Below, one piece after another: positions 38,633 through 51,779 of a stretch of 64,000 bases of DNA; the stretch's first letter is position 1; each line of letters begins with the position of its first letter. The notes below the pieces were generated by a model that ran no database searches, was not told the DNA's origin, and saw only the letters and a list, made by a program, of their open reading frames with translations. The position numbers were made by a program, and so were the translations under genes. This stretch comes from Camelus ferus (Eukaryota), in the NCBI RefSeq assembly GCF_009834535.1, contig NC_045696.1, positions 78,556,001-78,620,000 of the forward strand, read 5' to 3'.

Positions 38633-41264
38633 GCAAGCATAAATTTTAAACCAAGAATTACTTTCAACAGAGAATTTATAGGTGATGTTTGTAGACATGT
38701 ATCTTACGTTTGAGAAGAGGCACAAATATCTTAGGAAACCATGCTTAAAAACAACAGATTAATAGTCATAGTTTTAAAATTCCTAGCTGCATCCCATGAG
38801 AGAGAAAAATCACTCTATAGCGTGTCAGGATCCTCTTCAGGGATACGCCTGAGATCTCTTATAGTATCAACTAACCTTCCCCAAAGTTGTTCACACTATT
38901 CCTCTTGAGCTACAGTCACTGTGGACTAGTAGATGTTTCTTCTTAAACAGACTTACACCTTCCCAACTGCACACTTACACGCACATTCTATTTTCTGCCT
39001 AGACCTCCTTCACTGCTTTCTCTACCTAGTGACATGTCCCTCCTGTGAAGAACCTCCCCAGTCTCTTGACCTTCCTGGTACTTTCTTTGGCTCTTCCTAC
39101 TGGAACTGAGCACCCTATCTTTAAATTCTTATTGCATTTTATTAATGCCTCTTTTTGAGCTACTTAAGCATATTCTTCTGTCCACCAAAGAAGTTTGAAT
39201 ACAGATTGAATGTCCTTTATCAGATTTTAAAATTTGAGTGAGTTTATACTTAATGGCAGTAGAAATCTTGTATCATTTGTCTTTGCTTAATCCATTCCAA
39301 TATCCCATCAGTCATTTTGGTCAATAAATAAATGAATATTAGAAAATGTTTACCATCTAAGAAGCTAATTAAGAATCTAAGTGGATCTCTTTGGTTAAAA
39401 ATAAAACAAAACTGTATCATGAACTAATATGGTGGTAAGCATAAATCTAATGCATTTTCATAAACTGAGCTAAAGAGAAGTCTCTGCTGTCTGAAACAGA
39501 ATAAAAGAAATACAGAATCTTTCCAATCCTGGTTCAGTCTTCTATCCATGTATTCTTTATTATGTATTCTGCTTGCTCTAACTGCTGTTAGGTTCAAGTT
39601 CTACAATCATTAGGCCTCCTATGACTTCACTGTTGTATCTAAATAGCAGTATGATATTGCAAACTTTAGATACCAAGCACTTGGGATTGCCTTTTTATTT
39701 TGATTATGCATGCTTCATAACAGTATCTCCAAAAAGCAGTTCACAGTAAGGAAACAAAATCATTGGATAGCAGAGTTCTGTTATTTCAAAGTCAACACTG
39801 TGTGCTCATTCTCTGTTTTTCCCTCCTCAAATCATGTCGGTTTCTATGATTATCTTAATTGTCTATTTGCTTTCTTGTGTACTGTTCCTCTTTAACAATA
39901 TCTACCCAGCTATCCCACGGACACTAGAACATAATCTCTACGAAAGCAGAAAATCTACTCTGTGGACTGAAAACGGTGTCTGGCATCACAAGAATCACTG
40001 CATAAATCTTGAATGAGTGAACAGTATCATTAATTAACACTTTCCCTTCTAAAAATTATATTTTCAAGACAACGAAATATGTTTATTCTGGAGTCACAAA
40101 ATATAAACGCTTTTTATTGAAACAAGCAATTCAGACAACAAGCAATCTGAAAATGGTTCTTAGCCCAGGGAAGAGGAGGAGGATACACAAGGAGCTTGTA
40201 GTATACACTGCAGGAGATCCTGATTTAGGGAGTCTAGATTATGGGCTGGATGCAGTATCTCTCAGTGTAAATTTTTTAATAGCTCCTCGTTAAGTGATTT
40301 TTTGTCAGAATTCAAACCCAGAGCCCAAGCTCTCAACAGTTGAATGCCTTCCTCTATACACCAAATTATCCCAAGTCTTAAGTCTCCCACTAGCAGCAAG
40401 AAAGGCCAGGCCCTCCTATACCTTGGGGCCATATGCAAAGACCAGCGCACATAAACTCAGAGGCCTGGCCCTGGCATGAGGAAACAAAGGCAAGAGATAC
40501 TCTGAGGGCCAGACACCCTGGCTGAGTTGACTCTTTCCCAGTTCCCCTGGGGTCCTGGTCCTGAATGGAGTCCTGGGACAAGCACCCCCTTGGCTTGGCT
40601 TGGCCAGCTAGTCCTAATCATCAAGGTTAAGTGGGGAGGGGAGAGCCGCAGCCCATTCTATCAGGCTCCTCTGGGTGGAGGCAGACCACCCCTTGCAGCT
40701 TCACACTCACTGATCAGGCCTTTATAAAAATAATCCAGGGGCTCTACCCATTAAGAGATATCATAGACAGCAGGTGCTAAATTCCACAGATGCATTCTGC
40801 CAGGACTCCCTGGGATCACATAGCTGTCCAGGATAGAAGACCCTGTAAATCCTTCCTCTGAAGCAGTGCTAAAGAGGACTCAATTCTCCCTTTTCTGACT
40901 GGGTACCATGCAGGGCAGTTAAAGGCAGGGACTAAGAACAGGGATTTGGAAGACAAGACATTGCTCACGTGATACTGATGGGCACCCATGATGGAGAAGT
41001 GCTCCAGGGCCTTTGACCTTTTGACATTTCTAGACTAAATCAGACTGTATACCAACCTCTCTTCCTACTGACACTTTTTTTAAAGTTACAAGTAGCAAGC
41101 CAACCTGAGAAGAGTTTACAAAATGACAGTCTGAGAGGTGAACAGGGAAGTTACCTACCTATACTTCAGGACTTCTAAACACCAGCTAACATATATTCAA
41201 GTTGAAAAAGAAATAATGCAAATTGTCTAATTAATAAAGAACATGCTCAAGTATTTTTACATAG

Positions 41265-41270
41265 ATGATG
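41265..41270 (+). other. Candidate 6-nt micro-exon ATGATG
   Basis: gtatttttacatag|ATGATG|gtaagt. Confidence 0.25.
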
Positions 41271-43019
41271 GTAAGTGTCAAATTAAAATGATTTTAGGTT
41301 CCACTGATTACAATTAATGGTGATATTAATAAGAAATTACATTATTTGTACCAATAAAATTTATGATAGAAAGCTGAGATGAAAATTTTAAAATATACAA
41401 GAAGGTACATAATTTTTAAAAATTATTTTAGGGGAAACATGTACACCGCTGGGTCATAGTTTGATTTCTAATTTTACTGTACCATATGGAAAGTTCTGTA
41501 ATATAAAAGTCAATAATATACATTTATTATATCATGCATGTGAACAATGTTAAAAATTAAAATTGTCAAGAATTAGTGTACACTGTGATGCCCCATAAAC
41601 TTAATTAAGCAAACCAGAAAATAAATGATGAAAATTTTTAATTGCCAAAGGAGCTGTCAAAACTTCCAAAGTTGATTAGGTCAAAGTGTTAGGTGTTTGA
41701 AGAACTACTGGAAAAAGGTACAGGGCTCCTTATCAGGGAAGAGACAAGAAAAGGTAAAAAGAGTAATCATAAGAACCATAAAAATTAGAGAAATCTGAAG
41801 CCATTAAAGTAAGGACAAATATTGCCACCTATTTAAAAAGTACAGGAAGACATGGCTGTATTAGAGCAAAGGGCAAAAACAGATATTTGATAATTATATC
41901 AACTCCAAAAACTCCAAAAGAAGCAAAATGGACAAAGGAGAAAAAACCATGTTTGTTTAATGAAGCAAAAAACAGTGAAATGTATTTTTATCAAGAATGA
42001 ATAAACTGTCCCTCCCTAAATGTTATTAGAAAATTCGTTCATATGGAACAAATTCCTTCACCAATATTTCTGAATATTATGTTAATATGCAAAAGCATAT
42101 TTTTATAGTTACCTTTATTATGTTGGTAATTTGATAGTCTTACACAGTCTCCCTAATTGATTATACTCATACTGTTAACATAATATTATCATCTTTCTAA
42201 AAAGCCTGATATTCCTTCAGAAATGTCTCCTAGTGCCATGGTTGTATTTCAGTTCATGTCATTTTTTGGGCAGAAATGCCTTTTACTTTTGTCCTTCATC
42301 TCTGACTCCCATTTCCAGCCTCAATTCAGATGCATCACTCTTTTAATCTTCCTTGAAAACCCCACCCAGACTTAGAGTCCTTTGTCTTAGAGTTCCTTAC
42401 ATGTACCTCTGTTATATGAATAATGAAGCACTATATTATAAAATTGTTCTCTACTAAATTATTTCTTAACAACAGGAAAAAAACATTTCTTATTCTTTTT
42501 ATTATTGCCATGGCCTACCAAACACCTTGAAATAAACTGGACATTCCATAATGACCTACTGAATGAAGGCCATGCAGGAAGGACCTAAAATCCTGCCATT
42601 GTGATTCAAATCATGCAATAAGCTTATACTGTATATTTTAATAAGCAAAACCAGAGCAAATATTTTTTATTTAAATTTCATGCTCATGAAAATAAAAGGC
42701 AGCCTGTTTGAAGGTGTGAAATTTAATCATCACTCTGTTACTACATTATTTGAAACGTAACAATACATTAATAGGTATTTTATTGATACTTATTTATCTT
42801 AAAGAAATAGAAGTACTTTGACTGTTTGGTAATTTTACAAATCTACCCATTTTGATTGTTTTGACACACTACTCATAAGAGAATCACCAAGATTAAACAC
42901 TTATATGTACAAAAGAGTACTGATATTTGGAAATGATATATCTAAGATAATTTGCAACAAGCCATATTATTTGATCTGAAAAAATAAAAATAGCATTAGT
43001 AAAGGAAATAAAACAATAC

Positions 43020-44000
43020 TCAGTTTTATTAAATCCTGAAATAAATACATATATATGTACATACATATGTGTATGTGTATATTTTTGTAAATCAAAACTG
43101 ATATCAAAGTTAAGATGTAGTTTTGTATTTTAACATGGCAGTATATTGTCATATACTAATCTTATAAAATATTCCTTAAAAATTGTTTAAGATCCATATA
43201 TGGATATGCTGTAAATTATTTAATTGTTCTCTATCCTTGGAAATTCATTACAAATATATTCTTCAATGTACATTATATATACATTTTGTGTACTTTTCTG
43301 ATTATTTAGGCTAAGAGAAACTGGCTTTTTTTTCTTACCATTTGTGTGTTTCTTTCAGATTTTTTTTTCATAAAAACAAAACTGCCTTCAAAATAACATT
43401 TGCATTTCAATGTTTTGTTGTTTTTTGGTCATGGTATTTATATATTGTGGACAGTAAAAGGAATAATTTGAAATTTTGGCTATTACAACACAGAAACTTA
43501 AGGCAATAAAATTCTGAGGCTCTTGTTTAGATCATTCTGTCTATGCTGTTCACTCATTCAGATCTCATATGAAAATGTCATCAACAGGTAAAGTCTTCCT
43601 AAAGAGACTACAAAGTATAATGTTTCTTGGTAAATAATAGCAACATTAACATCAAAATGTAACAGTGTTTTTAATAAACTGCCTAATTTCAAATAACCTA
43701 TTTAATTTAAAATAACCCTACTTAATGGCTAATAACTTATAAAATTAAATAAGTAGGTAGTGCTAAAAAAAAGTTTGAATAACTACTCAGAAGGCACTTT
43801 TCAAAGCTGAAGAAGGAAGCAAATATCATTTTGCATTGTAGAAGCTGCAATCTAGGTAACATTTAATTACTCTGAAATTAACAGTTTAGGTTTATGACAT
43901 AGGATCAGTGCAGTCCATTCTTCACATTATGTCAATGATTTTACATCAGGTCTTCAAAATGGACTGCCATGAAATAAAACATGCATTGGACTTAAAAGAC
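43020..44000 (+). repeat. Old direct segmental duplication, copy 1 (partner ~51780-52680), containing exon-like remnants at 43562-43629 and 43842-43855
   Basis: Shared blocks tttcttacca, ttggtcatggtat, ggacagtaaaa, aattctgagg, tagatcattct, atatgaaaat, cttaatggctaata, tctgaaattaaca, taggtttatgac, atcagtgcag. Confidence 0.9.
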
Positions 44001-45019
44001 CATTGTACACAAAAGAATTAATACAGAAATTTTCAAATGTTTGTATGTTCAAAAGATTAATGATTCTTGGGAAATATGTATGATACAACAATTTGCAACC
44101 AGGTAATATTTTTGTCAACATTATTTAAAATATCAAAATAGTACTAACAGAGGAAATAAAATACAGATTAATTTTATAAAATCCTGGTAATTAAAAACTT
44201 GAAAAGTGATTAAAATCCCAAATAAATCCAGAAAATAACACTGTGTGATCCTGTAACAATCTGAAACACTGTTATAAATACTCTCAAATATATGTTCACA
44301 TCACATCAAAAAACAGTAAAATTATTTTAAAAAGGAATGAAAAATAGAAAAAGTAAGACTCAATCATCTATAAAAATTTACCATTCAAAATAAAGAAATT
44401 AAAAAGTGAAGAGCACAAGTAATTTCATTTTCTATATATTGGCTTACCTTTGGTTATTATTTTATAGACGAAAGTAACGAGCACCTTGTGAAAAAGGAGT
44501 TTTGCAGTTACGATGAGAAAAATGTCATGACTACCAGCCAAAAGCAAGAAAAGAATGAATAATATTACAAATAAGTATATTTGAGGGTAGAACATATTCA
44601 ATAGTGGACTTCTCATATATCAAAAGTATAATGGTTCAACTGAGTAGAAGTGTATTTTTAAAATACTAGCACTCAGGCCCGAACTCCATCAACCAAGACT
44701 ATTACTGTGCATAACAGCACACAACTTTACAACTCTGCTCTCTTATATTTACCAGATGGTATTTTAAAACTGGACAGAATTCTGACACAAAAGATTTGTG
44801 CAGGTGGAGGCTTAATATACAGCCTTCAAATAGAACATTATCTTCTGGGAACATAAACTATGATTTAAAAAATTCAAAGGAAGAGAGGGACCAGGAAAGA
44901 ACATTAATATTTCCTGGGTGCCTTCTATAATAGTTATAGAAACTGGAACACTTATTCTTAAAACTCAACAGCTAAACACCTATTTATTTTGAAACTTAAG
45001 ATCTTTAAATCATGTGTAA

Positions 45020-45250
45020 ATAGTAAGTATTTATTTGCTGGCACCAAAATATAAGGTCCAGATCATTACATTCATTATTTAACTTAATTCTCTCAGCAAC
45101 TCAGTTACGTTGGTATGACTATTTGCATTTTCCAGGAAAGGAAATTGAATCCCAGGACATTAGGTAATTTATCCAGAATCACACTAGTAGATAGTTCAGT
45201 CAAACACATCATTCTGGCTCCAAGTCTGTGCTTTTATAATGCACCCTACT
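45020..45250 (-). mobile_element. MIR
   Basis: cttaattctctcagcaactc...gcattttccaggaaaggaaattgaatcccag. Confidence 0.55.
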
Positions 45251-46169
45251 GTCTACCATATGGTGAGGCGTGCACTTGGCAAGACTCTTCATTTAATGAT
45301 GAATGATGACCACAGTCTCAAAGGAAACACTTTTCTGGTGTGCATAACATCAGGATTTAGTAACCAATCACCTCACATCAAGTTTCCACCTCTAGTCTTT
45401 CACTGAGGAAACCCTGGCTTCAGAGGGAAAGACAGCTGATCCCAAAGTAATTTGCCTCTAAAAGGAAGTAGTCTATTACCTTGCCTTAAATAATGCAGCA
45501 TTCAGTTATTCCTTCCTGCCAGAGTGACAGTTTAAGCACAATGCATTAAAAAAAACTGTTTTCTCCTGTTCTAGCTGTCTGTTATTTAATGCCTCATACA
45601 CCACTTGTCTGGAAGTGATGGATAAATATTTGAAGGGAAAGATGCATCATTCTGAATGCTCCATGAAATTCAAGACGGATAAAAGTCAATGTTTCAGGCT
45701 CATCTACTTTTAGCTTTCTCCCTATAATATGGTAAAAACAACCTTTAAATGTTTCAAAAGACTCTTGTAGTTAAAAAACAACAATAACAACAACAACAAA
45801 AAAACCCCAAAAAAAAACAACTTTATCAGTTTCTGTATCAATTTTTAAGGTACAATTTTTATTCTAGTATTTAAGGATTTTTTTAATCTGAGGAAAAATA
45901 AATGTATTTGAAACAATTAAGTTGTCTTTCTGACAAGATTTTGAGAATATGACTTATTTTTTGGATCATGTTTTCACATAACAAAAAGAGAAGCAACCAA
46001 ACAGTACTATCAACACTGTCACACGTTATTTTTAACGAGTAAAACCACAAACTTCACATCAAAAATCTTTTCTTAAAACCAAGATGAATTTATTTATAGC
46101 AATAATACTTGCAAACACTCATTAAACACTACTGTACTTTGAGCCAACAACTGTGCAAAGATATTTTAC

Positions 46170-46520
46170 CTAAAATACCACATTTACTGGGATAGTTCTT
46201 CCCCCTGATACCCAGTGGCTCTCCCTTACCTCCTTAAGTACTTGCTTAAAATTATCTCAAAGAAGCTTTCCCTTATCACCTTAATTAAAATTGCAAACTT
46301 TCTTTCCCAGTAATCTCTATTGTATTTCCTTCATGTTATTTTTTTTTCCTGTAGCATTTATCACTATCAGGTAGAGTATATATTTTACAAATGTATTTGT
46401 TTATTGCCTATCTCTCCAACTGTGAATGTAATCACCATCAGAGCACAAATACTGTAATTATTTGTTTGTGAATTATTTATACGTATTTTCTTCAGTGCAG
46501 TAGCCCCAGTGTGTATGATA
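46170..46520 (+). mobile_element. L2 remnant
   Basis: gtagcatttatcactatc...tctctccaactgtgaatgtaatcaccatcagagca. Confidence 0.6.
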
Positions 46521-49500
46521 ATGGTTGGCCCAGGGTTGCTACCAAAGATTATTAATTTAATGAAGGTGTTTAGTCTTTGCAAACAACCCTTTGTGATATT
46601 TTTTTACCCATTTATTGAAAAAACTAAGGCTGAAAAGACAAAGTGACCTATTGAGTCATAAAGCAAGCCACTACTCAGGCAGGTTTGTGGATTCTCAAGT
46701 TCTATTCACTAGACTGCTTCTAGAAAACGGAATTATCCAAACCAAAGTTTGTCTATTTGTTCTACAGGTTTGTACATCTTTGAATAAATTATGAACGTGC
46801 CTAGAAGTGATACCTTTTAAATACCCTTCATGACTGAGTCCTCTTTCAGAAGGTCATTCACTCTGGATGAGCAGGTAGCTTTGGAAGGGACATAAATGGG
46901 CTATGAGGGAGGACAGGGATCAGCTCAGACCATCTGTATCAACCCTGGAAATCAATGTGTTGACAGATGTCACAGCCTGTTTTCCCTCATAACCAGTAAC
47001 CTGAATGTCATGAAGCATTTGCTGAGACAAGAAAATGAATTATACACAAAAGTTAAGCATACGTAAGGACTTTATTTGAAAAGAAAAACATAGTGAAAAA
47101 CTACAGATACATGAAATATCTGTACCTCACACAATACTTAATATATATTGCAGAATGAATGTGTGTATTAAGTCCTGTGTATTTTATTTTTTCATCTTTC
47201 TCTAGCCCATTTTGAAAATAAAATCAAGTAATTCAATTTCTCATTACACACACCACATTTATACACTTGTATTCTTTTTTATTTTTTCCTGCTTTTAAAC
47301 AACAATCAGGGCCACAAGCAAAGATTAGGCAGCATTTGAGGAACCTGATGAGGAGAATGTATTTTGCTACTGCCAGAACAGAGACAAGATAGTCAAATTC
47401 AGAAAGTAACGACTTCAAAGAAAGTATCTTGGCTGTAAGGAATGGGTGAAAGAAGCCATAATCGTCTGGCTGCCCCCACTTTTAGTACTGACCATTTTCT
47501 TCTCACCAGTCCCCTGGACCAGAGTGACAGTTATGGTAGGGGTTGTAAGGCTGGAATTGTAAAGCTCAACAGAACTGAGTAACTTTCTAGAAAGACAGTT
47601 TGCCTGAACTATTCTGTCTATTCTTTTGTCTACAAATGCTTCTAATGCAGTAAAGAATATGTAACCAAAAGAAACAGAAAGAATCTGACCAATAGAGAAT
47701 GTTAACAGAATGCGGGGAATGCATGGGAAGTGAGAACAGTTACTCTTTGGACTCTATTAGTCACACCAAAGAACATCGTGCCACGGTGAGCAATTCTGGT
47801 GAACGTAAGCAGAATCAAAAATAAACCAAAACCTTCTGAAAGTGAAAGAAAGTGAAATGAATCATTTCTTTATCCAGGGAATCTGAAAATCATGTAGCTG
47901 GACTCAAGAAAGTTCTACCAGAGAGACTCATTTAGCTTTATGAGCTGGCAGATCCTACCTGAAATCCAAGGGACCTGATTATAAATATGTAACAGAAGAA
48001 CACCCCAAAGGTAAGCTGTAATTTCCAATATTGGTTGTAACTCACCACCAGTTTTCTGTTTAACAAGTTCTTTAGTAAACAGAGCTACTGTAGTAATTAA
48101 CATAATAATTTATGTCCAACCCCAACTCCTCCAACTGACATGTTTCTTTAACATTAACTTTGGAATAAGTGAAAATCTTGCTAACTGTAGTGGCTAAGAC
48201 TATCAAAAAGGGATACAGGCTGAAAAAGGAACAGCGATTCCTGATCCAAATGTTGGTAGATTTACTTCCACTCCTATCCTTTTGAAAATGGAAGATATCA
48301 GGAAAAGTGGGGATATATTTTTAAGCATACACATATGACAAATTTATGCAGAAATGATATTACCTTTTAAATGAGTTGGAAACTTAGAACGCTTAAATTT
48401 TTCTAAAATTTATTTTAAGATTAAATGAGTGATGGTAAAAACGTATGGCCCAGGTTTTCTCCAGAAAAGAGAACCAATGAGCTCTTATGTACTCCAATTA
48501 AAGAGCGATCTTTCACATCTTCTCAAAAAGGCAAAATACCTACTAAATACCTAAGCAGTGACATCAGGGCAAGACACTACATGATTAATAATGAAAGTCA
48601 TACGTTAATGGTATTTTAAATAATATTTTATTTTAACTAACAAAATGAAAAATTACAATAATATTTGTGTTTCAGAAATATGTAGTTTGATTTTTAAATG
48701 AGTAAGCATTATCTATATAATACATTATGCTTCATTTACACTACAGTAAAAGCTAATTAAAAAGCAATCACTATGCCATAATATATTTAAAAGTTGCCTG
48801 AAATGGTATATTATATTGAAATATTTGGAGTGACATTCATCACATTCCTCATGCATAACATGATACTAATAATTATCCTTTCAACTTTAGAATTCCTGAG
48901 CTAATCAGTCACTTCGTGGTGCAGGGTACAATTGCTCATTTTCTTGCCCACTTAACAAGAACGATATGCTTATTTGAACACTGGCTTTGCATGGATAGGA
49001 CTCACACTGTCTCTGTAATATGTGCAGATGTAAGTGGGTAAGAAGGGAACGCTGAACCCCCTCAACACAAGCCCAGTAGAGATGAGGGACAGTCCCTGCA
49101 GAAGGGAGCTACCCTGCTGAATACAAAAAAGTATCACAGTGTCCAGTTTAGGATCTTCTGCAAGATGATTATTTTTAATACTTACCCTTTAGTACAAGTA
49201 TATTATAAATATACTACAGTATAAAATCACAAGTTCTAAAGTATTATTATCATAGAATTCACTTTCACATTCTTCATACATGGTTTGCCAATTGAAAGAG
49301 TACTTCTGATAACGCCCTAAAGAATTACTGAGAATTAAATAGAAAAAGCCCCAAAAGTCAAAGGAAATGCTTAAACCAATGATTAAGCTATTTATTTTTC
49401 TCTATTCTAAAACAGTGGTGCTGCCTTCCAAACATAAACTGGTCTTAGCACTTGTTCAGCCGTCACCTTAAGGGGATGGTAACTGAAAGTCATACTCCAC

Positions 49501-50749
49501 TAATTAATCAGCTGCAGACTCATTTAGGAACCCCAAAACAACTATTCTCTGTTTCTAATCTTTCCTTCCACAGCAAAGAAGGCCCACTTGTTAAATATAA
49601 ACATAACTGCCCCATAAGTAATATTATTGCCTCAGCTGTATGTTCATTTATTTCTGTGATAAGAATAATGTATGTAGTGCACCCAAAAGTAGTTGATTAA
49701 CTAAAGACGGTTGCCTTTTAAGGTTTTTTGCAAAAAAAAATTTTTTATTTAGAAGGATTTAACACAGTTTAAGAATAATTAGGTATGTAATCCTATCTGT
49801 CTTGTCTTTTTTTCTTCGTCCCCAACCATGCAGATATTTTAAGACCAACTATTAGAAATTTTACAAATGCATATAGAAAGAAAAGAACAAATGAATCATC
49901 GCCTCCCTACACATATCCTTACAAAGTTCTAGGATTATGGTACATAGAAGCCAAAACAGAACCAATTAGGCAGTGAAGAGAACCAATATGCTTAAAGAGA
50001 ATATCATTGAATGAGAATGAGGGAGATGGGCACCAAGAATTCTGTATAATGCACAATATAACATGGATAACTTTTGGAAATAATGTAATAGTGCTACAAA
50101 ATGTTAGAAGAGGAATCAATAATAGCTCTGTCACCATGAACCTTTGTTCATACTTTGACAAACCAAAATGCAAGGACCATTTGGGAATCCAGATTTTAAT
50201 TCAACCTCTGCAAGTAACTCAAAATATCTCGATTAAGCCATTTAACTTTTTTGGGTCTCAGTTTTCCTATATGTAAAATGAAGAGCTAGAAATAGACAAT
50301 CTTTCAGATCATTTTCAACTTTAATAATTGATGACAATATCTTCAAATACTTAACAAATGAAGTTTTCTTTTCTCACAGGGATGAAAAGAGAAAACTTTT
50401 CTTTGCAAACTTTCTTGAAATAATTTATGTGTCACTTCATTATTGCAACATCCTATCACAATACAGATATCTATCTGATATGTTCATACTTGTTAAATTG
50501 CACGTAAAAAAAAGATGACCTCAATTCTGAGAACCCTGAGGTCAGAGACCAACCATGAACCATGAGTATCTAGTGCTGAGCAGGCTCTTAATAAAGTGAC
50601 ATTGCATGAAAAAAAGAGCGAGAGTAAAAGATGGACATTAATAGTTCTGTGAATAAATGAATCACCTTTGTTAACTATTCACATTTGAACAAACTGGATT
50701 TATCTTAATTATCAATTACACAGAGAAATTATATATGATAAAATACATG

Positions 50750-51620
50750 CTTCAGCTCAGCTTATCAGGGATAAGACCATTATTCAACAATTAGTATCAA
50801 GAATTCTCAATGCCAACTGGAAAATAAAAGCAAAAAGTAGAACTTTTCATTTCTTTATCTACTCATTTCAGCATAATAAATTCCGAAAAGATAAAAAAAA
50901 ATTAAAGACATTAAAACTTTAAATACTAGAATAAGTTAATAAGTATTTTGTATACTCGTTGGTGATAGAGACCCCTCTAAACCTGTTTGATAATTACAAA
51001 AATATTTAATTACCATGACACATTTAACTACTTTAAGAAATTGTAATGATGTGCAGTAAAAGGTTACTATAAATAAGGCTTTAAAAATTAAAAGTGGAAA
51101 ATAAAAAGGGAGAAAAAAAACTTGAGAGGAAGTTTCTTATAAACAAAGATCTCTTGTAAATCAATAGGTTAAAACCCAACATACTAAAAGAAAATTAGGT
51201 AAAGACATAAATAGGTAAGTTATAAAAATTCTGGTCAGTTAATTAAATACAGTATAATATCATTACCATATCCAAAGAATGGAATGAAAATGGGATTTGC
51301 TACCATATCAGGCAGGTGAAGATGAAACACTTTACTATGTTAAGAATTACTGAAGGCATGGAAAAATCATACACAGTTGATAGAATTTTCTGGAAGACAG
51401 TGTGGTATGTTCAAACTTAAAGCTGACTTTAGCCTTTGACCCAAAATTCCATTATCAAATCTTTTCTTAAAAAGTAATCTCACAGTGAAATATCCATCAA
51501 AGGGAACTGGATAGTAATTAGAGAAATATCCAGTGTAATACATGATCACCATTTTGATCAGACTACAGAAATAAATTCTATAGTTGTATATAAGTTTAGG
51601 GTTATCTAGTAGTACTCTGC
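50750..51620 (+). mobile_element. Old L1ME-type fragment
   Basis: ttattcaacaatt; agcctttgacccaaaattcca; aaatatccatcaaaggg. Confidence 0.6.
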
Positions 51621-51779
51621 AAATATTTTTAACTAACCACATTAAATATTTTTATTCTGTCATTTTATATTTAAATGTATTTTAATTATAGAAACTTTGA
51701 AAAATACATAAAAGCATAATTGATAATAATTTAACCTCTGTTCCATAAATTAAATATATTATACTGTGGGGAAGAGCCT

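Noticed and set aside
40300..40960. GC-richer island with several short ORFs
   Set aside because: Few CpGs and no coherent exon structure; probably an old LTR-type remnant that I could not assign
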